IMG/VR virus record: IMGVR_UViG_3300010399_000033
Span: 1-64,000 of that record
Strand: one strand, 5' to 3'
Source of the DNA: a virus
DNA length: 64,000 bases
Part shown: one piece after another, positions 1-10,159 of the stretch
How positions within the stretch are numbered: position 1 is the stretch's first letter
Layout: each line of letters starts with the position of its first letter
Made by a program: the position numbers and the translations under genes
The notes under the pieces: model-generated
What the model saw: only the letters and a program-made list of their open reading frames with translations
Told to the model about the DNA's origin: nothing
The model's database searches: none

Positions 1-1
1 G

Positions 2-1087
2 GACGCCACGCGCAAGGGCGCGGAGGAGGGTACCAAAAAGGGCATCCTGGACGGGCTGATGAATATCCTCGGCTTCCAGCGTTCCGCGTTCAGTCCGAGC
101 GGTGGGGGGCAGTTCGGCGACGCGCGTGTCATGCAGGCCTCCCTTGGCGGCGGTGGGGGCGCCGGTGGGGGCGTCGGCGGTAGCACCTCTAGGATGGGCG
201 GGGGATCGCCCGGGGGCGCTGGTGGTGGCGCTGGTGGCGCTGGGGGAGGCAGGCGTCAGGGAGGCGGCGGAATCGGTGGGGCATCCGACGCCGGATTGGG
301 TGGTGACCTGTCGAAGTCCGGCAGCGCTTTTCTCGCCTCCCAGCGCGCGCGGTTCAAGGAGGAGCTTGACAAGAACCCGCAGCTGAGAACCCGCCTCGCC
401 GCGCTTGTCGACCTGGAAAACCCTGGCGCCGGCCCGGCGGTGGCGGAGTCTTTGATGAACCGCATGGCCTACACCGGCCGGTCACTTGAGTCGGGCATGG
501 CTGGCGGGCCGCGTTCCTTTTACGGTCCAGCGCGTCGCGGCATGGTCGAGCCGCGCATGGCGGCGCTTGAACGGAATCCCAAGCGTCTTGAGAAGCTCAA
601 CAGCCTGATCGACCAGGCGCTCGGCGGCTCGAACGTGACTCTTGGCCACACCGACCAGGGTAGCGCGGGCGATCCGAACTATAATGCTGGTGGTGTCGGC
701 GTTAATATAAACCGCGAGCGTTTCAACGATTGGGGTGGTGGTCCAGGCGGCATCCCCGGCGCGCGTCGCTGGCGTGAACGTCAGCAGGCGCAGGTGCAGG
801 CGGCGGCCCAGGCATCTGCGAAGGGTCCCACCTTCTCTGAGATCGCGCGCGAGCAGTCCGCATCCAATCAGCTGCGACCGCGCACACCGATGGTCGACTC
901 CATGGTGCGGACGGGCTTCTTCAATCAGAACTCGACCGTCAACACCAACTCGTCAAAATCGGAGACGCACATCGGATCGCTCAACGTGCACACTCAGGCG
1001 ACCGACGCTTACGGTATCGCGCGCGAACTTCCGTCCGCGATCGACCGCGACTCCCAGATGAATCAAGCTAATTTTGGACCCAATTAG
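2..1087 (+). CDS. C-terminal part of tape-measure/tail-associated protein with a putative cell-wall hydrolase-like domain (5' truncated)
   Basis: Frame is open from base 2. Gly-rich linker, then LENPG..AVAESLMNR, resembling the SleB/Hydrolase_2 E..AVA..NR motif. C-terminal HIGSLNVHTQATDA is typical of TMP ends. Lies directly before the baseplate genes. Confidence 0.65.
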   Translation, partial: DATRKGAEEGTKKGILDGLMNILGFQRSAFSPSGGGQFGDARVMQASLGGGGGAGGGVGGSTSRMGGGSPGGAGGGAGGAGGGRRQGGGGIGGASDAGLGGDLSKSGSAFLASQRARFKEELDKNPQLRTRLAALVDLENPGAGPAVAESLMNRMAYTGRSLESGMAGGPRSFYGPARRGMVEPRMAALERNPKRLEKLNSLIDQALGGSNVTLGHTDQGSAGDPNYNAGGVGVNINRERFNDWGGGPGGIPGARRWRERQQAQVQAAAQASAKGPTFSEIAREQSASNQLRPRTPMVDSMVRTGFFNQNSTVNTNSSKSETHIGSLNVHTQATDAYGIARELPSAIDRDSQMNQANFGPN

Positions 1088-1088
1088 C

Positions 1089-1706
1089 ATGCCGTTCCCA
1101 GTCGTCCCCATCGCACCGGGCGTCCCGCCCCTGATCCGCGAGCCGGGGGTCGCCGCCCCAGCGCCGCCTGACCTGATGGATCGGGACGAGACCGTCGGCT
1201 TCGGCGCCGGCCTGCGCCCGCAGTGGGGACTCTACCTCGGCGGTCGCGCTGTCATCACGGCCGACACAGTGACAGCCTTCGACTACAAGGGCGAGGAGGT
1301 GGTCGCCGACTTTCCGCTGGAGCGGGGATCATTTCAGTCCTACGACAAGGTCGACAGGCCGTACGAGGCGCGCGTCCAGTTCGTCGCGGGCGGCACCCAG
1401 GCGGCGCGCGAGGCGCTCCTGCTGTCGGTCGCCGCAGCCCTACCGACCCTCGACCTCTACAACGTCGTCACCCCCGAGGTCGTCTACGTCAACGCCAACA
1501 TGGTACGTTACGACTATAGGCGCACCACGACCAACGGCGTCGGCATGATCGTCGTCGACGTGATGGTGCAAGAGGTGCGCGTGCAGGGCGCGACGACCGT
1601 GCGTGACTCGGCCTCCCCGTCAGGTGCCGACCCTCTGCAGGGCGGCAACGTGCAGCCGACAGCCCCGACGGGTAATCAGAACAGCGCGGCGACGGCTGCG
1701 GCATAA
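1089..1706 (+). CDS. Dit-like / baseplate tail protein
   Basis: ATG 2 nt after the TMP stop. DFPLERGSFQSYDKV..P motif and position match this myovirus baseplate module. Confidence 0.7.
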   Translation: MPFPVVPIAPGVPPLIREPGVAAPAPPDLMDRDETVGFGAGLRPQWGLYLGGRAVITADTVTAFDYKGEEVVADFPLERGSFQSYDKVDRPYEARVQFVAGGTQAAREALLLSVAAALPTLDLYNVVTPEVVYVNANMVRYDYRRTTTNGVGMIVVDVMVQEVRVQGATTVRDSASPSGADPLQGGNVQPTAPTGNQNSAATAAA

Positions 1707-1718
1707 AAAGAGCGATTC

Positions 1719-2039
1719 ATGCTGATCATCCCACTGCAGGCGGCTCCATCGCAGATACTCAACACCGTGCTTGCGGAGCAGGCTGTCACGCTGCGCGTGT
1801 ACCAAAGGTTTTACGGGCTGTTCATCGACCTGCTGGTCGACGATGCCCTGATCGTTGGAGGGGTGATTTGTCAGAACCTCAACCGTATCGTGCGCTCTGT
1901 CTATCTAGCGTTTGATGGGGACTTCATCTTCATTGACAATCAGGGCGAAACGGATCCTGTCTACACGGGTCTGGGTATTCGTTATTCGTTGGCTTACCTG
2001 TCATCGCAGGATCTGGCCGATCTGGGATTTGACGCATGA
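1719..2039 (+). CDS. Baseplate plug-like protein
   Basis: 106 aa, MLIIPLQAAPSQ...GDFIFID..G..DP.YTGLG.RY.L.Y; position between Dit-like and hub genes. Confidence 0.7.
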   Translation: MLIIPLQAAPSQILNTVLAEQAVTLRVYQRFYGLFIDLLVDDALIVGGVICQNLNRIVRSVYLAFDGDFIFIDNQGETDPVYTGLGIRYSLAYLSSQDLADLGFDA

Positions 2040-2896
2040 CCTTTGTACGTCGCCGCATCAAGCTGACGGTGTCCGGCACCAAGATCGCCGGGCTGACAGA
2101 GGAGGGCTTGCGTACGTCGGTCCGCGTCGCCATGGCCGGCGAGGTGCAGATGGGGACGGCGGACGTGCTTGTGTATGGGCTGACGCTCGACACCATGAAC
2201 CAGCTCGCGACCTTCGGACAGCGCGTTACCGAATATCAGCGAAACACCTTGATCATCGAGGCGGGTGACGCTGTCAATGGAATGTCGGAGATCTTTCGGG
2301 GAACCATCACCCAGGCCTGGCCGGACTTTCAAGGGGCGCCGCTGGTCCCGTTCCACATCCTCGCGCAGGCCGGGCTCATTGACGCGATGAAACCGGTCGA
2401 GCCCATGTCGTTTGACGGAAGCACCGACGTCGCCACGATCCTGAAGAAGGTGCAGGGCCAGATGGACGAGGTGTCGGTGTTCGAGAACCACGGGGTGAAC
2501 GTCAAGCTGGACTCGCCCTACCTGTGGGGCTCCCCGCGCAACATGGTCAAGCAGATCGCGGCGGCGGCCGGAATTTCATGGGTGATTGATCGCAACGTGC
2601 TTGCCGTCATGCCGCAGAACAAGGCGCGCGGAGGTGGAGGCTTGCTGGTCGCGCCGGAAACAGGCATGGTGTCATACCCGGGTTTCACAGCTGTCGGGGT
2701 GCTGGTCAAGCAGGAGTTTTCACGCGCGCTGTCCTACAGGCAGAAGTTCACGGTCAAGTCCGACATCGTTCCGGCCTGCGGCGATTGGATGATCAACAGG
2801 TTGGAGTACGATCTTGAATCCGAGGTTCCCAAGGGCCACTGGTTCGTGACGATCGAGGGCATCAGGGAAGGCCAGGGGCCCACCGTGTCCTCCTGA
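2036..2896 (+). CDS. Baseplate hub protein
   Basis: ATGA overlap with upstream gene; IIEAGD..IFRGTI and GMVSYP motifs; synteny. Confidence 0.7.
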   Translation: MTFVRRRIKLTVSGTKIAGLTEEGLRTSVRVAMAGEVQMGTADVLVYGLTLDTMNQLATFGQRVTEYQRNTLIIEAGDAVNGMSEIFRGTITQAWPDFQGAPLVPFHILAQAGLIDAMKPVEPMSFDGSTDVATILKKVQGQMDEVSVFENHGVNVKLDSPYLWGSPRNMVKQIAAAAGISWVIDRNVLAVMPQNKARGGGGLLVAPETGMVSYPGFTAVGVLVKQEFSRALSYRQKFTVKSDIVPACGDWMINRLEYDLESEVPKGHWFVTIEGIREGQGPTVSS

Positions 2897-2920
2897 ACTT
2901 TTTAGCAAAGGAATTTTTGC

Positions 2921-3616
2921 ATGGCAGGGAAGGGCTACTTCGGGCAGAACAACGCCGCCTCGTCGACCTCGGGCTTCTCTGAGCGGGACTTCCACATCCA
3001 GCAGAGCCAAAAGCTGATGTCTACGGCGACGCTGGTTCAGGTCAAGAAGTACAAGCCGCGTGAGAAGGACAGCAAGGGGAAGGCCGGCGAGGTGCAGCCG
3101 ATCGGCTACCTGGACGTGCTGCCGCTGGTGAACATGGTCGACGGTTCCGGAAAGCCGGTAAAGCACCAGGTCGTCCATAACATGCCATACTTCCGGTCGC
3201 AGTCCGGCAAGCAGGCGATCATCATGGATCCACAGGACGGCGACATCGGTCTGGTCGTGTTCGCCGACCGCGACATATCGGCTGTCAAAAAGAACCTCAA
3301 GCAGTCCAACCCGGGCAGCAAGCGTCGCAACGACTTCGCCGATGGTGTGTTCGTCGGAGTTGTGGCGTCAAAGGACAAGCCGACCTCCTACATCCAGTTC
3401 GACAACAACGGGACGATCACGATCTCCCCCGACGAGGGGAAGACCTTCTTCTCGATCAAGAAGAACGAGATCAGGATGCACGCGAACGGCATCGCTGTCT
3501 ACGTGACGCCCAATCGGATCGACCTGGGCAAGAAGAACGCGCCGCACGCCGTCGTCACGGTGGACGGTCCGTCCGAGAAGGTGTTCGCTGTGATCAACGA
3601 GTCGGACAGCAACTGA
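2921..3616 (+). CDS. Baseplate central spike (Gp138/Gp45-like)
   Basis: DVLPLV...PYFR.Q.G..AIIMDP..GDIGLVVFADRDIS...R..DFADG matches the Gp138 N-terminal pattern. Confidence 0.75.
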   Translation: MAGKGYFGQNNAASSTSGFSERDFHIQQSQKLMSTATLVQVKKYKPREKDSKGKAGEVQPIGYLDVLPLVNMVDGSGKPVKHQVVHNMPYFRSQSGKQAIIMDPQDGDIGLVVFADRDISAVKKNLKQSNPGSKRRNDFADGVFVGVVASKDKPTSYIQFDNNGTITISPDEGKTFFSIKKNEIRMHANGIAVYVTPNRIDLGKKNAPHAVVTVDGPSEKVFAVINESDSN

Positions 3617-3617
3617 C

Positions 3618-3971
3618 ATGGCATCGACACTCCTTCTCGATACCGAGACGTGGGACCTGGTCGTCGACGCGGCAGGGAACATTGCTGTCGCCTCCGAGCC
3701 ATACGCGTTGGCACAGGACGCGGCTTCCTCGATCAAGCTGTTCGAGGCCGAGCTTTGGTACGACAAGTCGCAGGGCATCCCCTACTTCGGACAGGTGCTG
3801 GGCAAGTACCCGCCGAAGACGCTCATGAAGGCGCTGTTCACCCGCGCTGCCCTGACGGTACCGAACGTGTTGGCTGCGCGTTGCTTCATTCGGTCCATCG
3901 AGGGCCGCACCGTGACAGGACAGGTCCAGGTCAGGGACCAGGCCGGCTTCGTCACCGCCGCAGACTTCTGA
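3618..3971 (+). CDS. Baseplate wedge / sheath initiator (gp25-like)
   Basis: [13 protein letters not shown]...ELWYD..GIPYF; located between spike and baseplate J. Confidence 0.7.
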   Translation: MASTLLLDTETWDLVVDAAGNIAVASEPYALAQDAASSIKLFEAELWYDKSQGIPYFGQVLGKYPPKTLMKALFTRAALTVPNVLAARCFIRSIEGRTVTGQVQVRDQAGFVTAADF

Positions 3972-3984
3972 GGATCAGCAGGCA

Positions 3985-5466
3985 ATGGCGACCACGACCG
4001 TCACCACCAACGTCCCGGGCCCGACGTTCGGAACTCAGGGCTTCATCGAGCCCGCGGAGTCGGACATCCTGCGCGGCATTGTGCAGGACATACAGGCCGC
4101 CTTCGGTGGTGTGCTGAACTTCAGCACGACGGACGGAAGCTTGACTAACGCTACACCGCAGGGACAGCTCGCCGCGTCGATCGCCGCGATCGTCGGTAAC
4201 GTCAACGACACGTTTCTGATGATGACGCAAATGCTGGACCCGGCCTTCTCGTTCGGCCGGTACCAGGACGGCCTCGCGCGCATCTACTTCATTGAGCGCA
4301 ATCCATCGCTGCCGACAGTCGTCGAGGCACTCTGCACAGGTTTGGAGGGCGTCCTGATTCCAGTCGGCGCCACAGCTAAAGCTGTCGATGGCAACCTGTA
4401 CACATGCACTGGATCAGGCACGATCCCCGCCTCGGGCAGCATTACCCTTCCCTTCGCATGCACAATTCCTGGTCCGATCCCCTGCCCGCCCGGCGCGCTC
4501 GACACCATTTTCTCGACGATCCTCGGCTGGGACCGCATTGAGAACCTGACTGAGGGCATCCTTGGCCAGGACCTTGAGACGCGCGCTCAGTTCGAGCGCA
4601 GGAGATCGTTGTCGGTGGCGCATAACGCGCTGGGCTTCCTGCCGGCGATCTTGGGAGCTGTGCTGTCGCTGGAGGGGGTGCTCGACGCCTACGTCGTGGA
4701 GAACGTGGAGAATGTCCCACGCACGATCGGCGGTGTGATACTTGCTCCAAACTCGCTCTATGTCGCTGTCGTCGGTGGTGATCCGGACGAGATCTGTCGG
4801 GCGATCTGGGAGATAAAGGCTCCCGGCTGCGCGTACAACGGCAACACGACCCGCACCGTGTACGACACCAGCGAGGGCTACAACCCGCCGTTCCCGGCCT
4901 ATCAGGTGTCCTACCAGGTTCCCGATCCGCTGCCTGTGATATTTGCGGTCACCATCAAGCCGAACCCGCTGGTGCCGGCGAACGCGCTGTCCTTGACCCA
5001 GCAGGCGATCGTCAGGGCGATGGCCGGGGCCGACGGGGGGTCGCGCGCGACGATCGGCGCGACCTTGTTCGCGTCGCGCTACTACGAGCCTGTAGCCGAG
5101 GCTTTGGGCCCCACAGTCGCGATCGTCAACATCAAGATCGGCACCCAGAACACAGCCTCCGCTAAGTTCAACGGGATGATCTCGTCGGGTTCACTCGGCG
5201 GCACGCTGACCGTCACCTCGGTTACCTCAGGCACGCTGTCTGCAGGTCAGACGGTGCAGGGGTCAGGCGTCGCTGCAGGCACGATGATACTCGGCCTGCT
5301 GTCCGGGACGCTTGGCGGCACTGGTACCTACCGGGTGTCCCTGTCGCAGACGACGGTCGCGCAAGTGATGTACGGGGTACGCGCGCTGGTGGACGAGTCA
5401 CCGGTTCTGATCGATCAGGCGCCCACCGTCGCGCTCGCTGACATAACATTGATACTGGAAACATAG
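3985..5466 (+). CDS. Baseplate J / gp47 family protein
   Basis: TPQGQL, GQDLET..F..RR and [18 protein letters not shown] motifs. Confidence 0.85.
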   Translation: MATTTVTTNVPGPTFGTQGFIEPAESDILRGIVQDIQAAFGGVLNFSTTDGSLTNATPQGQLAASIAAIVGNVNDTFLMMTQMLDPAFSFGRYQDGLARIYFIERNPSLPTVVEALCTGLEGVLIPVGATAKAVDGNLYTCTGSGTIPASGSITLPFACTIPGPIPCPPGALDTIFSTILGWDRIENLTEGILGQDLETRAQFERRRSLSVAHNALGFLPAILGAVLSLEGVLDAYVVENVENVPRTIGGVILAPNSLYVAVVGGDPDEICRAIWEIKAPGCAYNGNTTRTVYDTSEGYNPPFPAYQVSYQVPDPLPVIFAVTIKPNPLVPANALSLTQQAIVRAMAGADGGSRATIGATLFASRYYEPVAEALGPTVAIVNIKIGTQNTASAKFNGMISSGSLGGTLTVTSVTSGTLSAGQTVQGSGVAAGTMILGLLSGTLGGTGTYRVSLSQTTVAQVMYGVRALVDESPVLIDQAPTVALADITLILET

Positions 5467-5467
5467 G

Positions 5468-6214
5468 ATGACTGGACCCGATCTTCCGCGCGGACCGATT
5501 CCCAACGCGATCGGCGAGTTCGTCATTGGCGAGTCGCCGATAGGCACCCAGCCTCCATTTGATATCTGGGACACGATTCTATCGCAGTACGCTAACTCGC
5601 CGATCATTGTTCAGCTGATCCAGAACTTCTTCTCGTACGTCGACCAGACCGCGAACCTGGACGACTTCTTTGACAAGGTCTGGAACCTGGACACAGCCGA
5701 GGGCTACGGCCTTGACGTGTGGGGTCGGATCGTCGGCGTCAACCGCGTCCTGCAGATCACTGTAGGCAAGTGGTTCGGCTTCGCGGAGATGGGCACCCTC
5801 GATGCTGATCCCTTCGGCCAGTCAGCGCTGTGGTCGGGCACCCCACTCACCGAGAACTTCTTCTTGTCGGATCAGTCATACCGCACATTGATCCTGACGA
5901 AGGCTGCGGCGAACATTACCTCGGGCAGCATCCCGGCGATCAACAGGATGCTGATGACCCTATTTCCCAACAGAGGGAACGCATACGTCACCGAGGGAAA
6001 CCCGCCGGTTCTGTTCTTCGGTTTCGCCGAGCAGCTCAACACCGTGACCGGCTTTAACCAGGCCGCGTTCTACAACGGGGCGCAGCAGCCCCGCATGACC
6101 ATGACCTACACATTCAACTTCGCCCTTACCCCGCCTGAGCAGGCGATCGTCACCAATTCCGGAGTGCTGCCGAAACCGACAGGGGTCAAGGCAAGCGTCG
6201 TACAACTGTACTGA
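5468..6214 (+). CDS. DUF2612-family baseplate wedge protein
   Basis: SQYANSP...WNLDTAEGYGLDVWGRIVGVNR...LPKPTGV signature. Confidence 0.85.
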   Translation: MTGPDLPRGPIPNAIGEFVIGESPIGTQPPFDIWDTILSQYANSPIIVQLIQNFFSYVDQTANLDDFFDKVWNLDTAEGYGLDVWGRIVGVNRVLQITVGKWFGFAEMGTLDADPFGQSALWSGTPLTENFFLSDQSYRTLILTKAAANITSGSIPAINRMLMTLFPNRGNAYVTEGNPPVLFFGFAEQLNTVTGFNQAAFYNGAQQPRMTMTYTFNFALTPPEQAIVTNSGVLPKPTGVKASVVQLY

Positions 6215-6227
6215 GGAGCCCTTCCCC

Positions 6228-7502
6228 ATGAAAGCAGCTGCTATTCCTGCCAAGTTCAATATCCCGTTTGCTTCGGCGGCAGGTGCTTCCTACATCCGTC
6301 CAATACCGCAGGCGAGCCAGATCGGCATCACCGACGGCGCAGCCTCGCTGACCGATGGCTTTCCGCCGCTGAACTTCCTGCCTGTGGGCTCAGGCGGTAT
6401 CCCGCCATTTGGGCAGGACTTCAACGGCCTGTTGAAGCAGGTCACCCAGTGGAACCAGTGGGCAGCGGCCGAGGGGCCGGTTTTTTACGACGCGACGTTC
6501 GCGGCAGCGGTCGGCGGATATCCGAAAGGAGCCGTGGTGCTGTCACCGGTCGACTACGTGACCTTCTGGCTGTGCACGGTCGACGACAACAGCTCGAACC
6601 CCGACACCGGCGGCGCCAACTGGGTGAAGCTTGACTATCAGATCCCGTTCGGCACGGCTGCCGGCACCGCCAACGCGATTACCACGACGCTGTCCCCCGC
6701 ACCTTACCCGGTGGATTGGCTGCACATCCGGTTGTTCCTTGTTCGTATCACGGCTCTTCAGACAGGTGCGTGCACGATCGCGCCTAATGGTCTTGCCGCA
6801 AGAACTATTGTGATGGCAGATGGGGTAACGACCCCTCCTGGTAAGACTCTCAGCCCGGGCGCCGTCGCCTTCTTCTACAACGACGGCACCAACGTCAGGC
6901 TGCTCGGCGCCTTCGGTGGCGCGACCGGTGTTCTGGGTGCTCGTGGCGCGTACTCGCAGAGCGTCGCGGGGAGCTACAACTTCACGGTTCCGGATGGCGT
7001 TTACGCGCTCTACATCGAGCTGGTGGGTGGCGGCGGTGGTGGCGGTGGCTGCGGGGCCGCGATCGGGGGCACCGGTGGTGGCGGTGCCGGCTTCACTGCG
7101 GGTGTGAATTTGGTCACGCCTGGCCAGGTGCTGGCCATCGTTGTCGGAGCCAAGGGCACCGGGGGTGCCCCTACAGTCGACGGGACTGACGGGACCGCGT
7201 CAACAATAGTTTCGCTGGGACTCACTGCCCAACCCGGAGGCAAAGGTTCGGCCGGTGGCGTCGCCGGTGGCGCATCTGGTGGGGGCACGGGTGGCCAAAA
7301 GAACCTTACCGGAGGTGGTGGTGGGTCCGGGTTCAACATCGGTGGCTACCTTCTGGGTGGCACCGGCGGCGGCATACTCAGCACTGCCGGCCTGCCTAAT
7401 GGAGGCGTCGCCTCCAGCGCAGGCGGCGGTGGTGCTGGTGGCGGACAAGGTCCCACGCCCGGCGGTAACGGCCACGACGGCTACGTGCTGATTACGTACT
7501 GA
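6228..7502 (+). CDS. Tail fibre protein with C-terminal glycine-rich domain
   Basis: N-terminal ASLTDGFPPLN..GGIPPFGQDFNG..GGYPKGA baseplate-attachment domain; C-terminal FTVPDGV..ELVGGGGGG..G.DGYVLITY domain. No signal peptide. Confidence 0.85.
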   Translation: MKAAAIPAKFNIPFASAAGASYIRPIPQASQIGITDGAASLTDGFPPLNFLPVGSGGIPPFGQDFNGLLKQVTQWNQWAAAEGPVFYDATFAAAVGGYPKGAVVLSPVDYVTFWLCTVDDNSSNPDTGGANWVKLDYQIPFGTAAGTANAITTTLSPAPYPVDWLHIRLFLVRITALQTGACTIAPNGLAARTIVMADGVTTPPGKTLSPGAVAFFYNDGTNVRLLGAFGGATGVLGARGAYSQSVAGSYNFTVPDGVYALYIELVGGGGGGGGCGAAIGGTGGGGAGFTAGVNLVTPGQVLAIVVGAKGTGGAPTVDGTDGTASTIVSLGLTAQPGGKGSAGGVAGGASGGGTGGQKNLTGGGGGSGFNIGGYLLGGTGGGILSTAGLPNGGVASSAGGGGAGGGQGPTPGGNGHDGYVLITY

Positions 7503-7537
7503 AGACGTTTCCCATTCTTTGGAAGAAGGAGCCTGAG

Positions 7538-10159
7538 ATGCTTCGCGCTGTAATTCTCGTAGCCGCTATGCTGGCGGGATTGATCTCGCATGCGTGTGCG
7601 CAGTCCTCGCCGAACCTGTCTAAAGGTCAGGTGCCCACCGCCGGCCAGTGGAACTCCTACTTCTCCGCGAAGCAGGACGTCCTCAACTTCCCGCCGTTGA
7701 ACAAGAACGGCGACGCGATGTTGGGGCGGTTGGCGATCGCCCCGCCGACCACGGGCGCGTTCCTGTCCCGCTTCAACGTCGGACCGGGCATCGTACCTAG
7801 TGCGCCCGCAGACGGGGATATCTGGACGACCCCTGACGGCCTGTATGTGCAGATCGCGGGTGCGACTGTCGGTCCGCTGATGTCCACAGCAGCCCTTGCT
7901 GGCGCCGCACCGATCACAGTAACCGGAACGACTGTCGGTATCAGCACCAACTCCAACGCATTCTCCACGGTGAGCAGCCAGTTGGCGCTTGCCACGGGTG
8001 GTGTTGCCTACGGCAGTCCGACAGGTGGTCAGCTCGGCGCTGGTATCTTTAACGCGAAGGGATACTACGTCGACAATGTGAAGGTGCCGACGATCTCGTC
8101 GACCGACACCCTCACCAACAAGACCTGGAACGGCGTCGCTGTCGACGTCGCGCACGGGGGCACAGGGGCTGTAACGGCCCCGGCTGCCCTGGAAAATCTG
8201 GGGGCAGCGCCTGTCAGCTGGCCGGCGAACTACTTGGCGAACGGCGACTTCTCTGTCTGGACCCTGTGCCCTTTGATGAACTGCACCGTGCAGATCGTAG
8301 ACGGCACGCTGGGCACCACCACCGGCTTCCCGACAACGCCCGTTGGCATCATCAACCTCTGGCCGAACTCGTGGAATCTTGGTGCTGGTTACGGTGGTAC
8401 CGTGACCTTCTCACTGCAGAACTTCACCGACAACCAGACGACCGTTCCCGGGTATCCGCAGCGTTTCGCGCGAGGAACCTGGACCGTCGCTCCGACGTTG
8501 GGAAGCTACACCGAGAACCCCCCGTCCGGCACGTGCTCGTCCCCGGGTGGCGCTACGCTGACCGGCTGTCGAAACACCTACCTAGACAGCGGGGTCGTCC
8601 GTGAGTACACCTCGTTCGGTGCTGGCAACACCTACACGGTCAGCGGCTGGTTCCGCGCGTCCACGACCAGCGTCTTCGTCGCGCCGATCCTTTACTACTC
8701 GCTGGGCTACAACGATTGGGTGCTGGGCCAGGACGCCCAGCTTGTCGGCGGGTACGCCAACCACACCGCGACCAATGGGCAGTACTACGTCTATCAGGCG
8801 ACCTCGTCGGGCCTCACCGGGCGCACCGTCACCGGTGTGGCGAACAACGGTTCGGGTCTGTGCCGCATCACCGTTGACTCCACCGCGAACTACACGACAG
8901 GTCGCACAGCTGTTGTCGCCTCGCTTGGGGGGACGACGACATGCAACGGCACCTACACGATCACCGTCATCGACGGAACGCACATCGACCTGCAGTCGTC
9001 CTCGTTCTCGGGCACGTTCACATCAGGTGGGGCAATCGGTATGCCTCCGACGACGGCGACGATCGGCGCGACTCAGAATGACGGCAACGTCACCTGGCAG
9101 AACAAGGGCTACGCCAAAGGGCGTTCCTACGATCTCTACGAGGGCTCATACACACCGGGTGCTGTGACGTCGTCGGGTTATAATCAGGGGCAGGTAGCGA
9201 ACGGCTCGACCGGCTGCACCATCACGACGTCCTGGACCTTCTGTAAGGTCACGATCGTTCTTCCCCCGCCCGAGTACAACAACTTGGGGGACTACGCGTG
9301 GTCGGTTGAGGACCCAACTCGCCAGCTGCTGCCGTGGAACCTGACAAATCTCTACTTCGGCGGATCTAACAACGCGGTGCTCCAGTTTGGGGTCGACATC
9401 GTCGGACCCCTTGGTGCGCAGAGCATCGACTACGCACAGATCCAGGTTGAGCCCGGCACGCAGGCGACCGTGTTCCACAAGGTTCCGCACAGGTTGCAGC
9501 GGCTGTGGTCCATGAATCTGGAGGACCTGCTGGGCTACATGCCGCTCAGCCCGTCGCAGAAGACCGGCTTTCTCACCCAGACCAGATACAACGACGTCGG
9601 CAACTCCGCGACGTTCGCACGCCGCGTTATAGCGACGGCTATCAGTGGAACGTCCATCGCCAACCAGGACGGCGTGTCCGGCGACCCGACCCTTCAAGGA
9701 ACCGTGGGAATCCCCGGTGGAGGGACGGGTTACACCGTTGCCCCCGCCACCGCGAAGGGTGGGCCGGCGAGCCCCACCGGCAGCGCCAGCGCCACCCTCG
9801 TGATGGCCGGTATCGGTAGCTCGGCGACGATCACCCCGACCACCACCGGTTTCCTGGACATCACGTTCCAAGGTTACTTCACATCCGACACGGTGGGTAG
9901 TGGATGTCAGTTCAACATTCGCACCGGTACCGGCACGGCCCCCGCGAACGGGGCCGCAGCGACGGGCACCACACAGAGTTCAGCAAATTCCCTCGGGACT
10001 GTGACGGTCGCCAATACACATCAGGTACCCTTCACCATCCGGGCCATAGGAAGCGCGACGGCTGGCGTCGCCAATTGGATGGATCTGGCGTTTAGGATCG
10101 TAAACGCCGGCACGTGCACTCTCGCTTCTGTGTCCTGGACAGCCGTGGAACTGCGATGA
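7538..10159 (+). CDS. Fibre/receptor-binding-like protein with predicted Sec signal peptide
   Basis: MLRAVILVAAMLAGLISHACA|QSSPN. Thr/Gly-rich beta segments, a HGGTGA..A.AALENLG fibre motif and a NYLANGDFSVW...QVEPGTQAT carbohydrate-binding-like domain. Follows the tail fibre gene. Confidence 0.7.
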   Translation: MLRAVILVAAMLAGLISHACAQSSPNLSKGQVPTAGQWNSYFSAKQDVLNFPPLNKNGDAMLGRLAIAPPTTGAFLSRFNVGPGIVPSAPADGDIWTTPDGLYVQIAGATVGPLMSTAALAGAAPITVTGTTVGISTNSNAFSTVSSQLALATGGVAYGSPTGGQLGAGIFNAKGYYVDNVKVPTISSTDTLTNKTWNGVAVDVAHGGTGAVTAPAALENLGAAPVSWPANYLANGDFSVWTLCPLMNCTVQIVDGTLGTTTGFPTTPVGIINLWPNSWNLGAGYGGTVTFSLQNFTDNQTTVPGYPQRFARGTWTVAPTLGSYTENPPSGTCSSPGGATLTGCRNTYLDSGVVREYTSFGAGNTYTVSGWFRASTTSVFVAPILYYSLGYNDWVLGQDAQLVGGYANHTATNGQYYVYQATSSGLTGRTVTGVANNGSGLCRITVDSTANYTTGRTAVVASLGGTTTCNGTYTITVIDGTHIDLQSSSFSGTFTSGGAIGMPPTTATIGATQNDGNVTWQNKGYAKGRSYDLYEGSYTPGAVTSSGYNQGQVANGSTGCTITTSWTFCKVTIVLPPPEYNNLGDYAWSVEDPTRQLLPWNLTNLYFGGSNNAVLQFGVDIVGPLGAQSIDYAQIQVEPGTQATVFHKVPHRLQRLWSMNLEDLLGYMPLSPSQKTGFLTQTRYNDVGNSATFARRVIATAISGTSIANQDGVSGDPTLQGTVGIPGGGTGYTVAPATAKGGPASPTGSASATLVMAGIGSSATITPTTTGFLDITFQGYFTSDTVGSGCQFNIRTGTGTAPANGAAATGTTQSSANSLGTVTVANTHQVPFTIRAIGSATAGVANWMDLAFRIVNAGTCTLASVSWTAVELR

